Made by a program: the position numbers and the translations under genes
Notes under the pieces: generated by a model
Databases searched by the model: none
Seen by the model: the letters and a program-made list of their open reading frames with translations, nothing else
Told to the model about the DNA's origin: nothing
From: Balanoglossus misakiensis
Taxonomy: Eukaryota; Animalia; Hemichordata
Length of the DNA: 64,000 nucleotides
Assembly: GCA_040954595.2 (NCBI GenBank)
Contig: CM082590.2
Coordinates: forward strand, 8,557,764 to 8,621,763
Direction: 5' to 3'
In this document: one piece after another, positions 24,997-37,228 of the stretch
Layout of the letters: every line of letters starts with the position of its first letter
Numbering within the stretch: position 1 is the stretch's first letter

Positions 24997-27900
24997 ATGG
25001 AGTCCGCGTGGAACATCTGCAATAGTTCGGAGACGGTGTCTTTTTACGCGTCTTACGATTACAGAGACCCCGTCGCTGCCGTCGCCATTGGAATCCTCGC
25101 CGTCATCGGGATTTTGGGAAATTCCTTGGTCGTCTATATCGTGATGAAGTACCGTGACATGCAAAGCGTGACGAACGCCTACATCTCAAATCTGGCGAAA
25201 GCAGACATTTGCTTTTTCGTGGTGTGCGCCGTGCCTGCTTCGATTCAACTCGTCAACGGTGGCGTATGGACGTTTGGAGATTTCATGTGTAGATTTGTCG
25301 TCTACATACAAAATGTAAGGCGTTTTATGAAATATTTTGGATGCGCAATTTTATACCATTTTATATGTTTAATTTTTCAACATTTACAACATACCTATAC
25401 CTACCTACGTACATACATACATACATACATACATACATACATACATACATACATACATACATACATACATACATACATACATACATACATCATGGTATAA
25501 CCGGAAATAGACCAGGGAAGTGTGATTAAAAACAGCCTGTATTGAGTGTTATTTTAGAAGAAAACAAGTGATTTAAAGTTGTGAGACCGATACTTGAGGT
25601 TTAAAAAAACATAAAACACCGCAGTGGCGAAGTCAAACGAGCTACTGAAGGATTCTCGACATAGTGCTTCATTTCCAACGACTGCAATTTCGGTTGACTA
25701 TAAAAAACAAACGCAGAAAACGTGATCGTCAATCTAGCTTTTATCGTTCTTCCGGTCATTACAAGCTAATTAACGTGAACTTGTTTCAGCGACAGACGCT
25801 AGATTTCTGACTGAGCAATAAAAACAGTCCCATTAAATTCCTCTAAATTGGCTAGTCTTGTGACTTGTTATCACCGTGAAAGGCCCTGCAGATATCACTA
25901 AGAAACTGCATGCGTCAAACTTATCTCGTATGTGATTAAAGCTCAATCATCTGTAACTTTTCATAGAGATTTTACTATGTTTGGTTTGTGTGTCTACTGC
26001 AGTTTCTTGTTCAAATTCCTGAAGCACGATGAAATGCCAAGTAGCTTGTTAACACACGCTATAAGTATATAGTCAACATTGTTATTGTGCAAAATGCGTA
26101 TTCTAGTCCGGACTAGAATTCATCTGTTAACAATAACAGTGGTCGTTACACACATACAGGCTGTGTTGACAAGTGGGGTACTGGGTATATTAGCATGCTG
26201 ATTGGAGTAGAACAAGAAATTGCATTTGGTACACAGAACAAAATACTGAAAATGAAGACAAAAGATACAACTAATGTCCCATTAATATTTGACCGACAGG
26301 TGTCTGTACAAGCGACAGTAAGCACATTCGCCGCCATGACAGTCGACAGATGCAAGGTCATTTTCAACCCGCTGACGTCGAGGGCGCACAGGACGAAAAG
26401 GGGAGTTCGGATTGTCATAGCTTTGATTTGGATAAGTATGTAATGATCCGTCTAATACTGTTTATCTACCTGAGGTCGTAAATGTTTCCCCAAGACAGAC
26501 AGGGAGAACCATTTCATTTCTGGGGAGGGGGTGGATGGACGCTGGGGGTGTTTGCAGATGATCCAGAGGAGAACGAATTTCTTCTGCAGCGTCTTGAGGA
26601 AAAGGGTGGACTTGCAATGAAAACAAAATGTTGTAACCATGGTAACAGTGGCCGAAAACAAATCTCTGAAATACCCAAAACCTCCACCCCAGAAATCAAA
26701 TGGTTCTTCCCTAAGCTTTAATAGCCGCAAAACCACATGTTGATTTCAGGATATATGTTGAAATACGAAAAGAACGCGTTGCTACATGTATTGATAGGCA
26801 GGGTCTCTCTGAACAGAGGGGAAAGTCGCACATGTTCAGTTCAGACGACATGTACCCTTTAAGCCGAACCAGAATGACGCGTACAGAGATAGGAGAATTA
26901 AGTATGCCAGCCATCCGCATAGAAAACAGCCATTTCGCTTATCTATCTGTATTGTAGCGTTTCCATCCGTTTCGGTCGATAACACAAGGGCAAAAGGGTA
27001 TGTCTGTTGGAATTTATATAGAGACATAGTCTCGCGCAGTGTCTCGGTTGATATGGAAACCGATATAATCTAGCAGTCGACTTTTGCTCCAACGGTTCAC
27101 TAGAAACAGCAGCTAATGTGTGAAGATGGTTCGTTAGAGCACGTCACTGAGATAGCGTTCAGTCGTGATGTGACCCCGGGTTGACCTTACGCGCGTCTGT
27201 GATAAGCGCTTTCTGCCTGAAGTCTGGGAGCCAGCGAGTTGCTATGGTGACGCTGTCAATCATGGTGGCTTGGTTCTAATGATACTAAGAACGTCGTGTG
27301 TCCCTCTGTCTTTCTGCCCCCCCCCCCCTCTCTCTATATATATATACACACACACTCACAATTCAACGACTGTAAGCTGCTTTATAACTTTTAAAACTTG
27401 TTTTTATTCTTCATTCCAGCTTCGTGTTTAATGCATCTGCCAGTCATAATGACGTACGGCGTCATGGTTGACATCATCACCGGATCTCCGTGCTGCACGT
27501 ACTTGGACGTGCCCGCCAAGCTGGTCGTGTTCGTCACCTTCGAGGTCCTGGTCATGTACGCCATTCCACTGGCTGTCATCGGCGTCTGCAACATCTGCAT
27601 TGCCGTTCGCGTCTGCAACTCCCGATTGCCGGACACCCTTCGAAGGACCTCCGGTCGAGCGAGAAGTGCGGCGAGTACCGTTGGCGCGCAGAAGACCGAT
27701 GGCGGGAAGAAACAAACACATCTCGTTCACTGCGACAGCGTTGAAGACTCGGGCAACCAAAATGTGCAAATAGTCGTCATGTTGTTAGTTATTATCGCCT
27801 TCTTTGCAGTCTGCTGGGGGCCAGCACACGCAATTAGACTTTACATCGTATTCAGTGACAACTATAACCCAGACGTGATTTTCAGACTGTCGTCGTTCGC

Positions 27901-28108
27901 TCTTTGCCTCAATTACTTGAATTCCTCCCTAAACCCCGTCCTCTACGCGTACCTCGGGAAGAATTATCGTGACTACGCCAAGCAGATTTTCACATGTGGG
28001 CGAACTCAACGATCTTCAGCTATGCTGTATGGCAACACGCATTCAGTGGTTGCTAGGCGACTTACAGGAGCCCAGAGGAACGCAGCCGTCACACCTGCGG
28101 CTGTGTAG
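24997..28108 (+). CDS. Rhodopsin-class neuropeptide GPCR, kisspeptin receptor (KISS1R/GPR54)-like; exons 24997-25314, 26300-26435, 27420-28108; ~380 aa
   Basis: GT/AG junctions with compatible phases (0, then 1). TM1 GILGNSLVV; TM2 TNAYISNLAKAD; TM3 FGDFMCRFVVYIQN|VSVQAT...MTVDRC; TM6 FAVCWGP; TM7 NSSLNPVLY. The GDFMC-F-YIQ-VSVQAT string matches KISS1R as I recall it. Confidence 0.88.
25410..25490. repeat. (TACA)n microsatellite in GPCR intron 1
   Basis: About 20 perfect TACA units. Confidence 0.97.
26501..26712. mobile_element. MITE-like element in GPCR intron 2
   Basis: Imperfect ~25-bp terminal inverted repeats AGGGAGAACCATTTCATTTCTGGGG ... CCCCAGAAATCAAATGGTTCTTCCCT. No clear target-site duplication. 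Confidence 0.6.
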
Positions 28109-28222
28109 TTCTTTCGAATCGACAAAATCAATGCCTTTCCTTGAAGAATGTGCATCTGAAAAATAAAATGATATAGACTGTGTACTAACTACTAGTATTT
28201 GTCAGTTTCTATGTACAAGTAC

Positions 28223-28403
28223 GTATGTATGTATGTATGTATGTATGTATGTATGTATGTATGTATGTATGTATGTATGTATGTATGTATGTATGTATGT
28301 ATGTATGTATGTATGTATGTATGTATGTATGTATGTATGTATGTATGTATGTATGTATGTATGTATGTATGTATGTATGTATGTATGTATGTATGTATGT
28401 ATG
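28223..28403. repeat. (GTAT)n microsatellite just downstream of the GPCR stop
   Basis: About 45 perfect GTAT units; explains the MYVC/HTYI pseudo-ORFs. Confidence 0.97.
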
Positions 28404-29589
28404 ATGGAAACTGAATGTGTTTGACATTGTATTTGTTACTAGCTACGTACGCGTGTCTATGTAGGCCATGGTTTCAGCCAAAAACCAGCACACACATACA
28501 AAATGAATGTAACATATTTGTAATCAAAAACACCCGAACGTCTATCGAGGTTCCATTACAGATATTATCCTCTCGCGTGTAACGAAGGCTGTTCGCGACA
28601 GCTAATTTGTAATCATCAATGTTGTCTGAAAAATTGACAGGCATGGGTATGTCGCCTGATTATCAAGGCGGAAATTACGATCGATTGCTTGATTAAATTG
28701 AACGAGTCCATCAGCCTACAGCCCGTTAAGTGAGTGTGCGGCGCCTTGGTAAATCTATTACTTTAGCTGCGGCAACGCAGCTGTTACGTACATCAACTGG
28801 CTTATGTGAATCTCTGAACCAAGGTTGAAGGATATATTTTCTTATCAACACATCCTTCGCTAATTCGCTCTCCTCTCTGTTCTGTGGCCATCCCTCGTAT
28901 CGTCAGTTATTTTTTAGCGACATCCACTTCGGATTTCTCTTTTCCCCCCGTAAATAATGACATTATTATATTTTTTCCCTATTCAGGCAAATGTGTGTTT
29001 GATGAGAATGTTAATGACCATGTGCATATTTTGCAGTGTAGGCCTATGCCTACGCGTCTGTTGTCGCCGAACGCACATTGAATAATTTAGCTTTACTTGT
29101 AATTTCCCATCAACATTACTCATTTTGAGTAAAAAAATACTTTTGTGTACATGTATTTATACAAGTACACATACACGTACATCTACCCATCACTTGCTGC
29201 GAGTGATACCGTCGTATGTTTATGAAAAGCAGAACCAACCGTTGGGTGCGCTATGCAGGATACTTGTATCTGATCATTCACAGTTCGTCGATTCGAATGT
29301 TACAGCTGTTTGCTATTTCAAGTAAATGGACGTAGATTACTTGTCAGAATATTCCATATTTCATGTATAATAAAAGAAAATGATAAGTTCTTCATGACGA
29401 GCCAAGTGAATCGATCAGTAAGCTTAATAGGGTGTTATGACTCGTGAAAACCGACTCGAATCCGAGTCCGAATCTGTCTACAGAATACGTTGGAAACATC
29501 AACAACTTGAGAGTTTAGGGTGGTCTGTCGTGACTATGATAAGACTATTCCTGGTATCGTGAAGGCGTCTATTTACCCATTTTGCGATT

Positions 29590-31099
29590 ATGGATTTCGA
29601 CTGTCAGCCAACTGCAAGGTGTGACGTCGATCGCACGGAATACTTCTTTCGTGTCGGTATTGGTTCGTTGGTCTCCCAAGACACCAGTGTTGGCGTTGGT
29701 AAGTAACCAAACATTGGCTGCTGGCCATGGGCCTAGTGGTGGAAATGTAGTTTTGCTGTGATGTTGATAGAGATGACTGAGAATGTAGACTGTAGGTACA
29801 GTCCTTCAAACTCTCCCTGTAGTGGAGGTACGGAGCGGCCCTAAACGACTGTACCTTATCAGAATGCTGTGTTTTATTTCAGACCGGCAGAATACATGTG
29901 TAGACACTAGAAGCCACACTGAGAAGAGAATGAAGTTGGCTGATGTTTTTGCCAGAACTGCTCAGAGTATATGTCAGAGATTTGAAGCGAATCGGATTTC
30001 TGAAAATGGTACGTGATGAAAGATTGTTAAAATCATCCGCAATGTTTTGGCCAAGAAAATGTCATTGTCAATATATGTACATGTATATTTGGAATCAACA
30101 TATACATGTATTGACATTTTCTTGGCCAAAAATTGTTCGTGTTATCTTTTGTGCGTTGTATGGTATATAAAACCTGACAGGGAATAAGATGGTGGACTTT
30201 GGGGGGTCATGATAATTATTTTATCTCCCTGCCTACATGATACCGGTAATGCACTGTACATATGTGCTTCAAGGTTAACTCAGCTGATATGTTTCTATGA
30301 ACAATATTTGTAAGATTACAAATTTAAATGATTTTTTTTCTTCTCCAACACAGATATTCAGATCATCGTACAGAGCCTGGCTCTAAGTGGTCGCATTTCA
30401 ACAGAGAAAGTGGAATCGGACCACGAAGGAAAGAGTTTAGACGAAATGAACCCGGGACATCCAACTGAAACAGAACAAAACAGAGACTTAAATCACAGAC
30501 CCTATGAGTGCAAAGACTGTGGGAAAATATTTCGTACCAGCGATGCTGTGATGACGCATCTCGCGATCCACTCGAACGGAAACGGCTACGTGTGCGCAGA
30601 GTGCGGGAAGATATTCTCGCGGAGCTACGATCTCAAGAAACATATACGAGGCCACGCGAACGAACGACCATACGAATGTGAAATCTGCGGGAAGCGATTC
30701 TCCGTCAGCGGAGTTCTGTGTCAACACCGGAGGACCCACTCCGACGAGAGACCCTACGTATGCAAATTATGCGATAAAGCATTCATCACGAAAGTCCGAT
30801 TAAAAGCGCACTTTTCGGTCCACTCCGACCAACGAGAGTTTCTGTGCGAGGTGTGCGGGAAAGCGTTTGCCAGGAAAGAAGGCTTGAAGCGACACCTCAT
30901 CATCCATTCGGACGAACGACCGTACGCATGCAAAGAGTGCGGGAAACGATTCACCCAAAACTGCAACCTACGGACGCACATGAAAGTACACAGACAGGCC
31001 GCGCAAATACAAAAAAATCATGTGAAAAATATTCTCCATAGGGCTGAGACTGAGTTGTCATGGACACCACTTAAACAAGGAGACTGTATAGATGTTTAA
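29590..31099 (+). CDS. C2H2 zinc-finger protein ZF1 (6 fingers); exons 29590-29698, 29883-30008, 30354-31099
   Basis: Six CxxC-x12-HxxxH fingers with HSDERPY-type linkers in the last exon. Two upstream phase-1 exons with GTAAGT/GTACGT donors and pyrimidine-rich AG acceptors join in frame. Confidence 0.85.
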
Positions 31100-31809
31100 G
31101 AATGGTGACAGATTCACCAAATTAATGACTTGAAGGGACATTTTGGGATGATTCAGTTTTAAACTAACCACCATATGAATACTAAAATGGTGGGAAAAGA
31201 TATTCAAATCTAACTTTTGTTGAGAATTTTGTGTTTTTGGAGCACAGCTCAGTTTTGGAAATTCCTTGTAAGTTTGATATTGAGAAATGACTGTACCCAA
31301 CATGCAATTATTTTCATGACTGAAATAAACATTGAGTTCATATTTTTCCTCAAACTGTATGTTGTTTACTTCCTTATACATTATAGAACATAATCAAAGG
31401 AAATCAATAAATATAAATTATCTTTCATTCCCATTTCGCTTTATAGAAGTCCAACTTAATATAGAAAACAATGGGTTTGGACCGAATCATGCATGTGTTG
31501 GGTTGTACACAGCGCCCTCTACAAAATAATCACCCGACAAGTATTTTGATGTTTATTTTAAATTCACCTCTGTTCTTTTTGTGGAGTTATGCTATTTTGC
31601 CCTAGTATACATCGTTTTACAACAGAGAAAGTGAGAATTGGTCCGTTGGTCGCCGAAATTTGGTAGAGATTGGTGTTTATTTGGCATATCGCGTATCCGA
31701 GTCTGCATCTGATGACAAGGCATTCCCTGTTGCAAAAAGTTTTTGCCTAGAAACTGTAGGCTACAGTTTACGTGGTCTGGCTGTGTGTGTGAGCGCTAGA
31801 GAGATGAAA

Positions 31810-32340
31810 AAGAATTTAGACTATTTTGCAGTCGCCATATGGGGAAATTTCACGGAAACAAGATTCTGGTAACATCGGTGATGCTGTCTCCCTTGGAAAC
31901 TGTCGGCGTCGGTAAGTAACCATGGCAACAGAGGAGTTTCTAGCCCTCGGCAGTTGAAGTTGTTTCAATCTAGCCCGCGTATATCTAAATCTTCGAATAT
32001 GACCACGTGGTTGCCTACTTTTTCACGTGGCAATCCAGTGAAAATTTGTCATTGGATATATGGCTCAACTTACCATGGTAATTATAAAAAATTGTGAAAA
32101 ATGTATCTAATTGATCCTTAAATTTTTAATTATCTTTGCTTTATCATACAGCATGCTTCTGTTAGGAAAATAAATGACATGAAAAGATGACCAGTCAATA
32201 TATGTTGTTTTATTTCAGACTCTCAAAATACTTCTGAAAATACAGAGCATCATGAGAAGATGTTGAAATGGACTGAAAAATTTGAAGAAAAAGTCTAAAA
32301 GTCTGCAAAAGATTTGAAGAAAGTCATATGTGTGAAAACG
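31810..32340 (+). pseudogene. Decayed exons 1-2 of a ZF-family gene (copy 1); no zinc-finger exon follows
   Basis: Exon-1-like segment ends GTCGGCGTCG|GTAAGT at 31911, and AAGAATTTAGAC replaces ATGGATTTCGAC of ZF1. Exon-2-like 32219-32340 is 122 nt, frameshifted with an in-frame TAA, and ends ...RFEESHMCENG. Confidence 0.7.
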
Positions 32341-32554
32341 GTAAGTGATAAGTCTTTGAGATGATCTGTGTATGTCTTCAGGTCCCCTTAAAAGGTAAAA
32401 TTTTGCTCCAGGAATATGGACCCAATCAAGCAACAAATCCCCATACAGCTCTTCTATCATATTAGCCCCCTCCCTCCCCTGAGCAATTAATCATGACATG
32501 GGGAGTACAAAAAAATCTTAACCTTTTCACCCCCAATTCGATTTGGACTGAACC

Positions 32555-32661
32555 TAGCTGTGGTACGCAGCTGTACCGTTGGGGGGGGGGGGGGCGATTA
32601 CCCCACAGACAATCAGCCCCCCCCCCCCCCCTCCCCACGGTACAGCTGCGTACCACAGCTA
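32555..32661. mobile_element. 107-bp MITE with 25-bp perfect TIRs and a 9-bp TSD
   Basis: TAGCTGTGGTACGCAGCTGTACCGT ... ACGGTACAGCTGCGTACCACAGCTA, flanked by GACTGAACC / GACTAAACC. The empty site is visible in the duplicate at ~37966. Confidence 0.85.
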
Positions 32662-33251
32662 GACTAAACCATGGTGAAAGGGTTAAGAATACATTCAGGA
32701 GTAAAACTGAAAGAAATAGTAAAAAAAGTTACAGTTAATGTACATGTACCTTCAAATAATACCATGATAAAATAACACAAGAATATGCAAAAACTAGAAA
32801 ATGTTCAGTTTGTACTGAGAAAAAAAACCATATAAAAAATTCACACACAGATAATCTGACCCTGTTACAGGGTATATGAAATAACTCCTGCTACAGGAGA
32901 TCATGTAAAGTTCAAAATTACGTAGCTGAATTCAAAGGTATTTGTCAGTTCTGATCAGTGTATGTACATGAATTGACACACATATGAGTGTGGTACATAC
33001 ATTGTCTTCACACCATTTCCTTACAAAATTTGCATATCTTAGATTCTATATTGCTATATTTCACCCCCGTCCCCCCAAACAGTCAATAAAGTACTTTTGA
33101 AGTCACAAAGAAAACAAGGAAAAATTCTGTTGAAAGATAAAAATGAAAACAAATGATATTCAGTGAATTCTAAAAATCAATATCACACTCTAATTATGTC
33201 AAGACAATTTTTCTTTCTTTGTGTAAACACTACATCACTGATCCAAAGACA

Positions 33252-33344
33252 TTAACCCTTTCACCCCCAGTTCCCTCTTTAGAGGTCCAACTTTATCATA
33301 TAAAACAATGGATTTGGACCAAACCATGGTGGTGAAAGGGATAA
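33252..33344. mobile_element. ~85-bp piggyBac-type MITE (representative; related copies near 31446, 32518-32684, 37902, 38550, 43638, 45409, 48431, 52093)
   Basis: Family consensus TTAA-CCCTTTCACC ... GGTGAAAGGG-TTAA (this copy ends GGG-ATAA), with a conserved core GGTCCAACTTTACCATAGAAAACAATGGATTTGGACCAAACCATGG. TTAA flanks and CCC/GGG ends are piggyBac hallmarks. Confidence 0.7.
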
Positions 33345-33603
33345 AAGGACAATGTGTGATTTTTGGGTTGACTGGGACAACTGCAGTCAGTTCTAAGTTG
33401 TGGGTGATTTTACCCACAATACACTGTCAAAGTCTGTGGTTTGACCACCTCAACACAAATCAAACATTTCAGGATTTGTGAAATAACTCACTAACTCTGT
33501 GAGTTACACCAACATGGGTAGTCAGTCAGTCATCACAAAGAATTCCCATCCAAAGTTGGTAAAATTTGGAATATAGTGTGCTTCATCTTGTGATGTTTGA
33601 GTG

Positions 33604-35817
33604 TCACTGTACAAACACTTTGATGCAGTGGTTGTCCCTATCAGCTACAACCACCCTGCAAGGTGCATCATCTGTCAGTGCCAGACCAGTGGGGCAGTTC
33701 AGCTTATCCCCAGCACTGTCAATACGACACACAAACTTACCACCACTCTCAAACTTCAGTAAGCTACTAGGGCTGCTAGTACTAACATACACATATTTAT
33801 CATTCTCAATGATTATTCCCCTGGGGCATCTCAGCTGACCATCCCCATTCCGACAATCAAAGGAATACAAATACTGGTCATCTGAATTAAACACCTGGAT
33901 ACGCTTGTTCCAGTAATCTGCTACAAACACCATCCCACTTCTTCCCACTACTATTCCCCAGGGCCAATTAAATTCCCTCTGACCTTTACCCTCTGACCCA
34001 AATGACCTAATATACTTGCCATGTTGTGTATAAATCCTGACACAATCCCCACCGTTGTCTGTCACATACACATTACCATTGACAGGGCTGACAGATATCC
34101 CAAATGGATCCTTCAGCTCATTCTGTCCAAAGCATCTGATGACACGTCCATTCTCATCACTGACAACTATTTGATTATTGTTGTTATCTAAACTATAATG
34201 TGTATTATCGCTTAAAATAGCTATGTCACGTGGCCTGAAAGGTTTTTCAAATTGTGTAAATTTCAAGATTTTCTTCACTTTGCCCTCTCTGGTTGTTATT
34301 TGTAATCTGTAATTGTCTGTATCAGCAGTGACAATGTCTTTGTCTTTGTTTATGGCCACATTCAGGGGATTGTTGAACTGTCCCTCAGCACTTCCTTTAC
34401 TGCCAATGGTTTGAACCAATCCTTTGATGACAGGTATGATGACAGGAGAGCCTGGTATTGCTTGATCTCCTATTGTCATGGCAACTTGATACTTCCCATC
34501 CATTTGTCCATTCACTGTCACTTTGTGTGTACCATCTCTGTTATCTGATACTTTGATGTCTTCCCATGATGCATCAGGTTTTCTGACCTTGGCTTTCACT
34601 GGTTGTTTTGAGATGACTTGTTTTCCTGTGGGATCTCTGGTTGTGATCAGCAGGTGTGCAGAGTCACCTTTCAGAAGTTGTTTTGGAATGTTTTCAACTG
34701 TACACTTTGAGATACAGACATCAAGAGGGGTAATAATCTCTCCCAGAATTCCTCGCTCATTAAATGCACCACTTGGTTTCAACTCTGTATGTTGCACTTG
34801 GAGATTTGGTTTAGTTTCCATGGCAATAAGTTGATTGATGCGATGTTCTGCATCAGCCTTGGTTGAAAGAAGTTGAGCAGCATTCCCATGATGCATCAGT
34901 GTTTCAATATAACTGCATGTACTCTTAATGTTACCATGTTTTAATTCCAACTCATCTATGTCCACAGCTGATGTTTTTATTTTCAGTTTGTAATTTTCAT
35001 TCAGCTCATCTACCAGTCTCTGCTCTTCTCTCTTTACTTTGTTGATGATTTCTTCTGCTTTCATTCTCACCTTCCTTTCTTCTTTCTTATGCTTCTCTGT
35101 GAGATCGCTGTGTACCTGCTTGGCTAGGCTTTTGTTCTTTTCAGTTTCCTGTTCTTTCACTTTCAGTTTGTCCACCATGACTTTCAAGTCTCTCAGATAC
35201 TCATCTGCTGCATCTTTCAGATACCTATGGTTGTGTTGTGGTATTCTGTGTTCAATGATTGTACAGTCTGTACAGATGGGCACCTGACAGGTGTCACAGT
35301 AGAATTTGATTTCATTCTTGGTGTGGACACTGCAATATTCTACTGCTTGTAATGTTGCAGGATTGGTTGACTTTGCTGTTTCATATTCTTCTATGGTCAT
35401 CAGTCTGTGTGTTCGGGTGACTGGTAGATTTCTGTGGGCCTTAACACAGATGTTACAGAGATAATGTTGACACTCTACACACCTGTGAGTGGCTGTATTC
35501 TCTTGGCAACCTTCACACCTGATCTCGGCTCTCTGAGTGGATTCCTGTCGTTGGTTGTACAGTTCTGTCAAATTTGAAATGAAGAAGTTGGTCTTGATTC
35601 CTGGAACTCCACTACCAGGAAGTTGATATTGCTGTCGACATTCTGGACAGATTAGAGATCTTGTCTTTTCAACCAGAGTGACTAAACACTGCTCACAGTA
35701 TGTATGCAGACATGGTAGAGTTTTCGGAGTTTTAAACAACTCCAGACAGATGGTACAACACAGGAAATCCTCGCCCACTTCTTTCAGAAATTTACCTTCA
35801 GTGCCTGCAGTCGCCAT
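33604..35817 (-). CDS. TRIM-NHL E3 ligase (RING, 2 B-boxes, coiled coil, filamin, NHL repeats; TRIM2/3/71-like), intronless CDS, copy 1
   Basis: 737-aa ORF. RING CTICLE...LPCLHTYCEQC...CPEC; two B-boxes; filamin DNRDGTHKV...PGSP; NHL repeats GQFNNP, WPWGI, VVADRDNHCIKVF. Confidence 0.93.
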   Translation of the reverse strand: MATAGTEGKFLKEVGEDFLCCTICLELFKTPKTLPCLHTYCEQCLVTLVEKTRSLICPECRQQYQLPGSGVPGIKTNFFISNLTELYNQRQESTQRAEIRCEGCQENTATHRCVECQHYLCNICVKAHRNLPVTRTHRLMTIEEYETAKSTNPATLQAVEYCSVHTKNEIKFYCDTCQVPICTDCTIIEHRIPQHNHRYLKDAADEYLRDLKVMVDKLKVKEQETEKNKSLAKQVHSDLTEKHKKEERKVRMKAEEIINKVKREEQRLVDELNENYKLKIKTSAVDIDELELKHGNIKSTCSYIETLMHHGNAAQLLSTKADAEHRINQLIAMETKPNLQVQHTELKPSGAFNERGILGEIITPLDVCISKCTVENIPKQLLKGDSAHLLITTRDPTGKQVISKQPVKAKVRKPDASWEDIKVSDNRDGTHKVTVNGQMDGKYQVAMTIGDQAIPGSPVIIPVIKGLVQTIGSKGSAEGQFNNPLNVAINKDKDIVTADTDNYRLQITTREGKVKKILKFTQFEKPFRPRDIAILSDNTHYSLDNNNNQIVVSDENGRVIRCFGQNELKDPFGISVSPVNGNVYVTDNGGDCVRIYTQHGKYIRSFGSEGKGQREFNWPWGIVVGRSGMVFVADYWNKRIQVFNSDDQYLYSFDCRNGDGQLRCPRGIIIENDKYVYVSTSSPSSLLKFESGGKFVCRIDSAGDKLNCPTGLALTDDAPCRVVVADRDNHCIKVFVQ

Positions 35818-37228
35818 TCTGTACGTGTATCAACTCTCAAAGCTTCAGAAACAGTTTTTAGCAGAGCCCCTTATGTTGGTGGTATTGACACACTTCGAAA
35901 TGTCTGAGTATACGTCATCAGTGAATCAAAGTATATGATATGTAAATAGCGTTGTCGACATATGACTAACCTAAGGCGTACACCTAGACAACTGAAAAAA
36001 TGGTGTGAGAATTGTGGGTATATTTCTCAACTAATCTGAGGTCATCGCTGGGTCATCTTCACAACAATGGTACGAATACCTGCAGTGTACCAGACAACTG
36101 AAGTATGCCAATCCTTAGTTCTAGTGTTGCACACAATCTCTGTTGTCTGCAAATATATGAATCTAGGTCAGAAATTTCATGTACAGTTGAATTATCATCA
36201 AAGTTAAATTAAGGATGTAAGACCATATTATAACTCTTTAATATCAAACAAAGTTTCATGTGACCAAAAGCTCAAATATCACATCAGAGCTGCAGAAAAA
36301 GTTCCTTCTTTTCATTTTTAACTTTATCTGATTTAAAAGTGATACGTACACCTACTTAACTGACTGAAATTTCAGTTGACCGCAAACAGATCTGTAGTTT
36401 TATCAACAGAACATGTCAACCAGAGTTATTTACACAAAGAGACAAATTATTTTGAGGTCAGGGAAGTCAGATAAAAAGCTGACAGAGTAGACAGATTTAT
36501 TTTGTTGATAAAAGCCATTAACTGAGTGATAAATGTCAAATCAATAGAAGTATGGTGATAGGTGCAGCAGTTCTGTGTGCGTAATTCTATTCAGTCTCTT
36601 CAGTTTAGTTGAACTGTTCACGGAATTTTATTGAAATATACGCATACATACTCATCTATGACACTATAGAATGTGCTTGAAAAAAACGCAACTGTGACAC
36701 ACAGAAATGGACAGACACAGGTGATTAATTAAGATAGATCATAATTGAGATGATTGGTATTTGATATTGAAGAAATTAAAAGCAAAAGTTTATTATCATT
36801 GAGTCGAAAAGTGAATTGATCATTTTTCCAGGAGTTAATTTCATTTTCTCATGGGCCTTTCCATTAGTGGTGCATTTCAAATTCCAGAATTTCAAGGCAT
36901 GTATGGATATCCCCCTTAATCTCTTTCTGCGGTTGGGTGTTGGAGGTAAATCTTGCATCGAAAATGTTGTTGTTTGTAATCAACCACCTAACAAGTTTTA
37001 TTTTGTTTCTTTCTTTTTCAGGAAGACTGGTTTCGTTTTGTTGTTCACCATTTCTTGAGAATTGGTCCGTTGGTCGCCAGAATTTGGTAGAGATTGGTGT
37101 TTATTTGGCATATCGCGTATCCGAGTCTGCATCTGATGACAAGGCATTCCCTGTTGAAAAAAGTTTTTGCCTAGAAACTGTAGGCTACAGTTTACATGGC
37201 TGTGTGTTTGAGCGCTGGGGAGATGAAA

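Noticed and set aside
25341-28427. HTYI and MYVC repeat ORFs
   Set aside because: Microsatellite translations.
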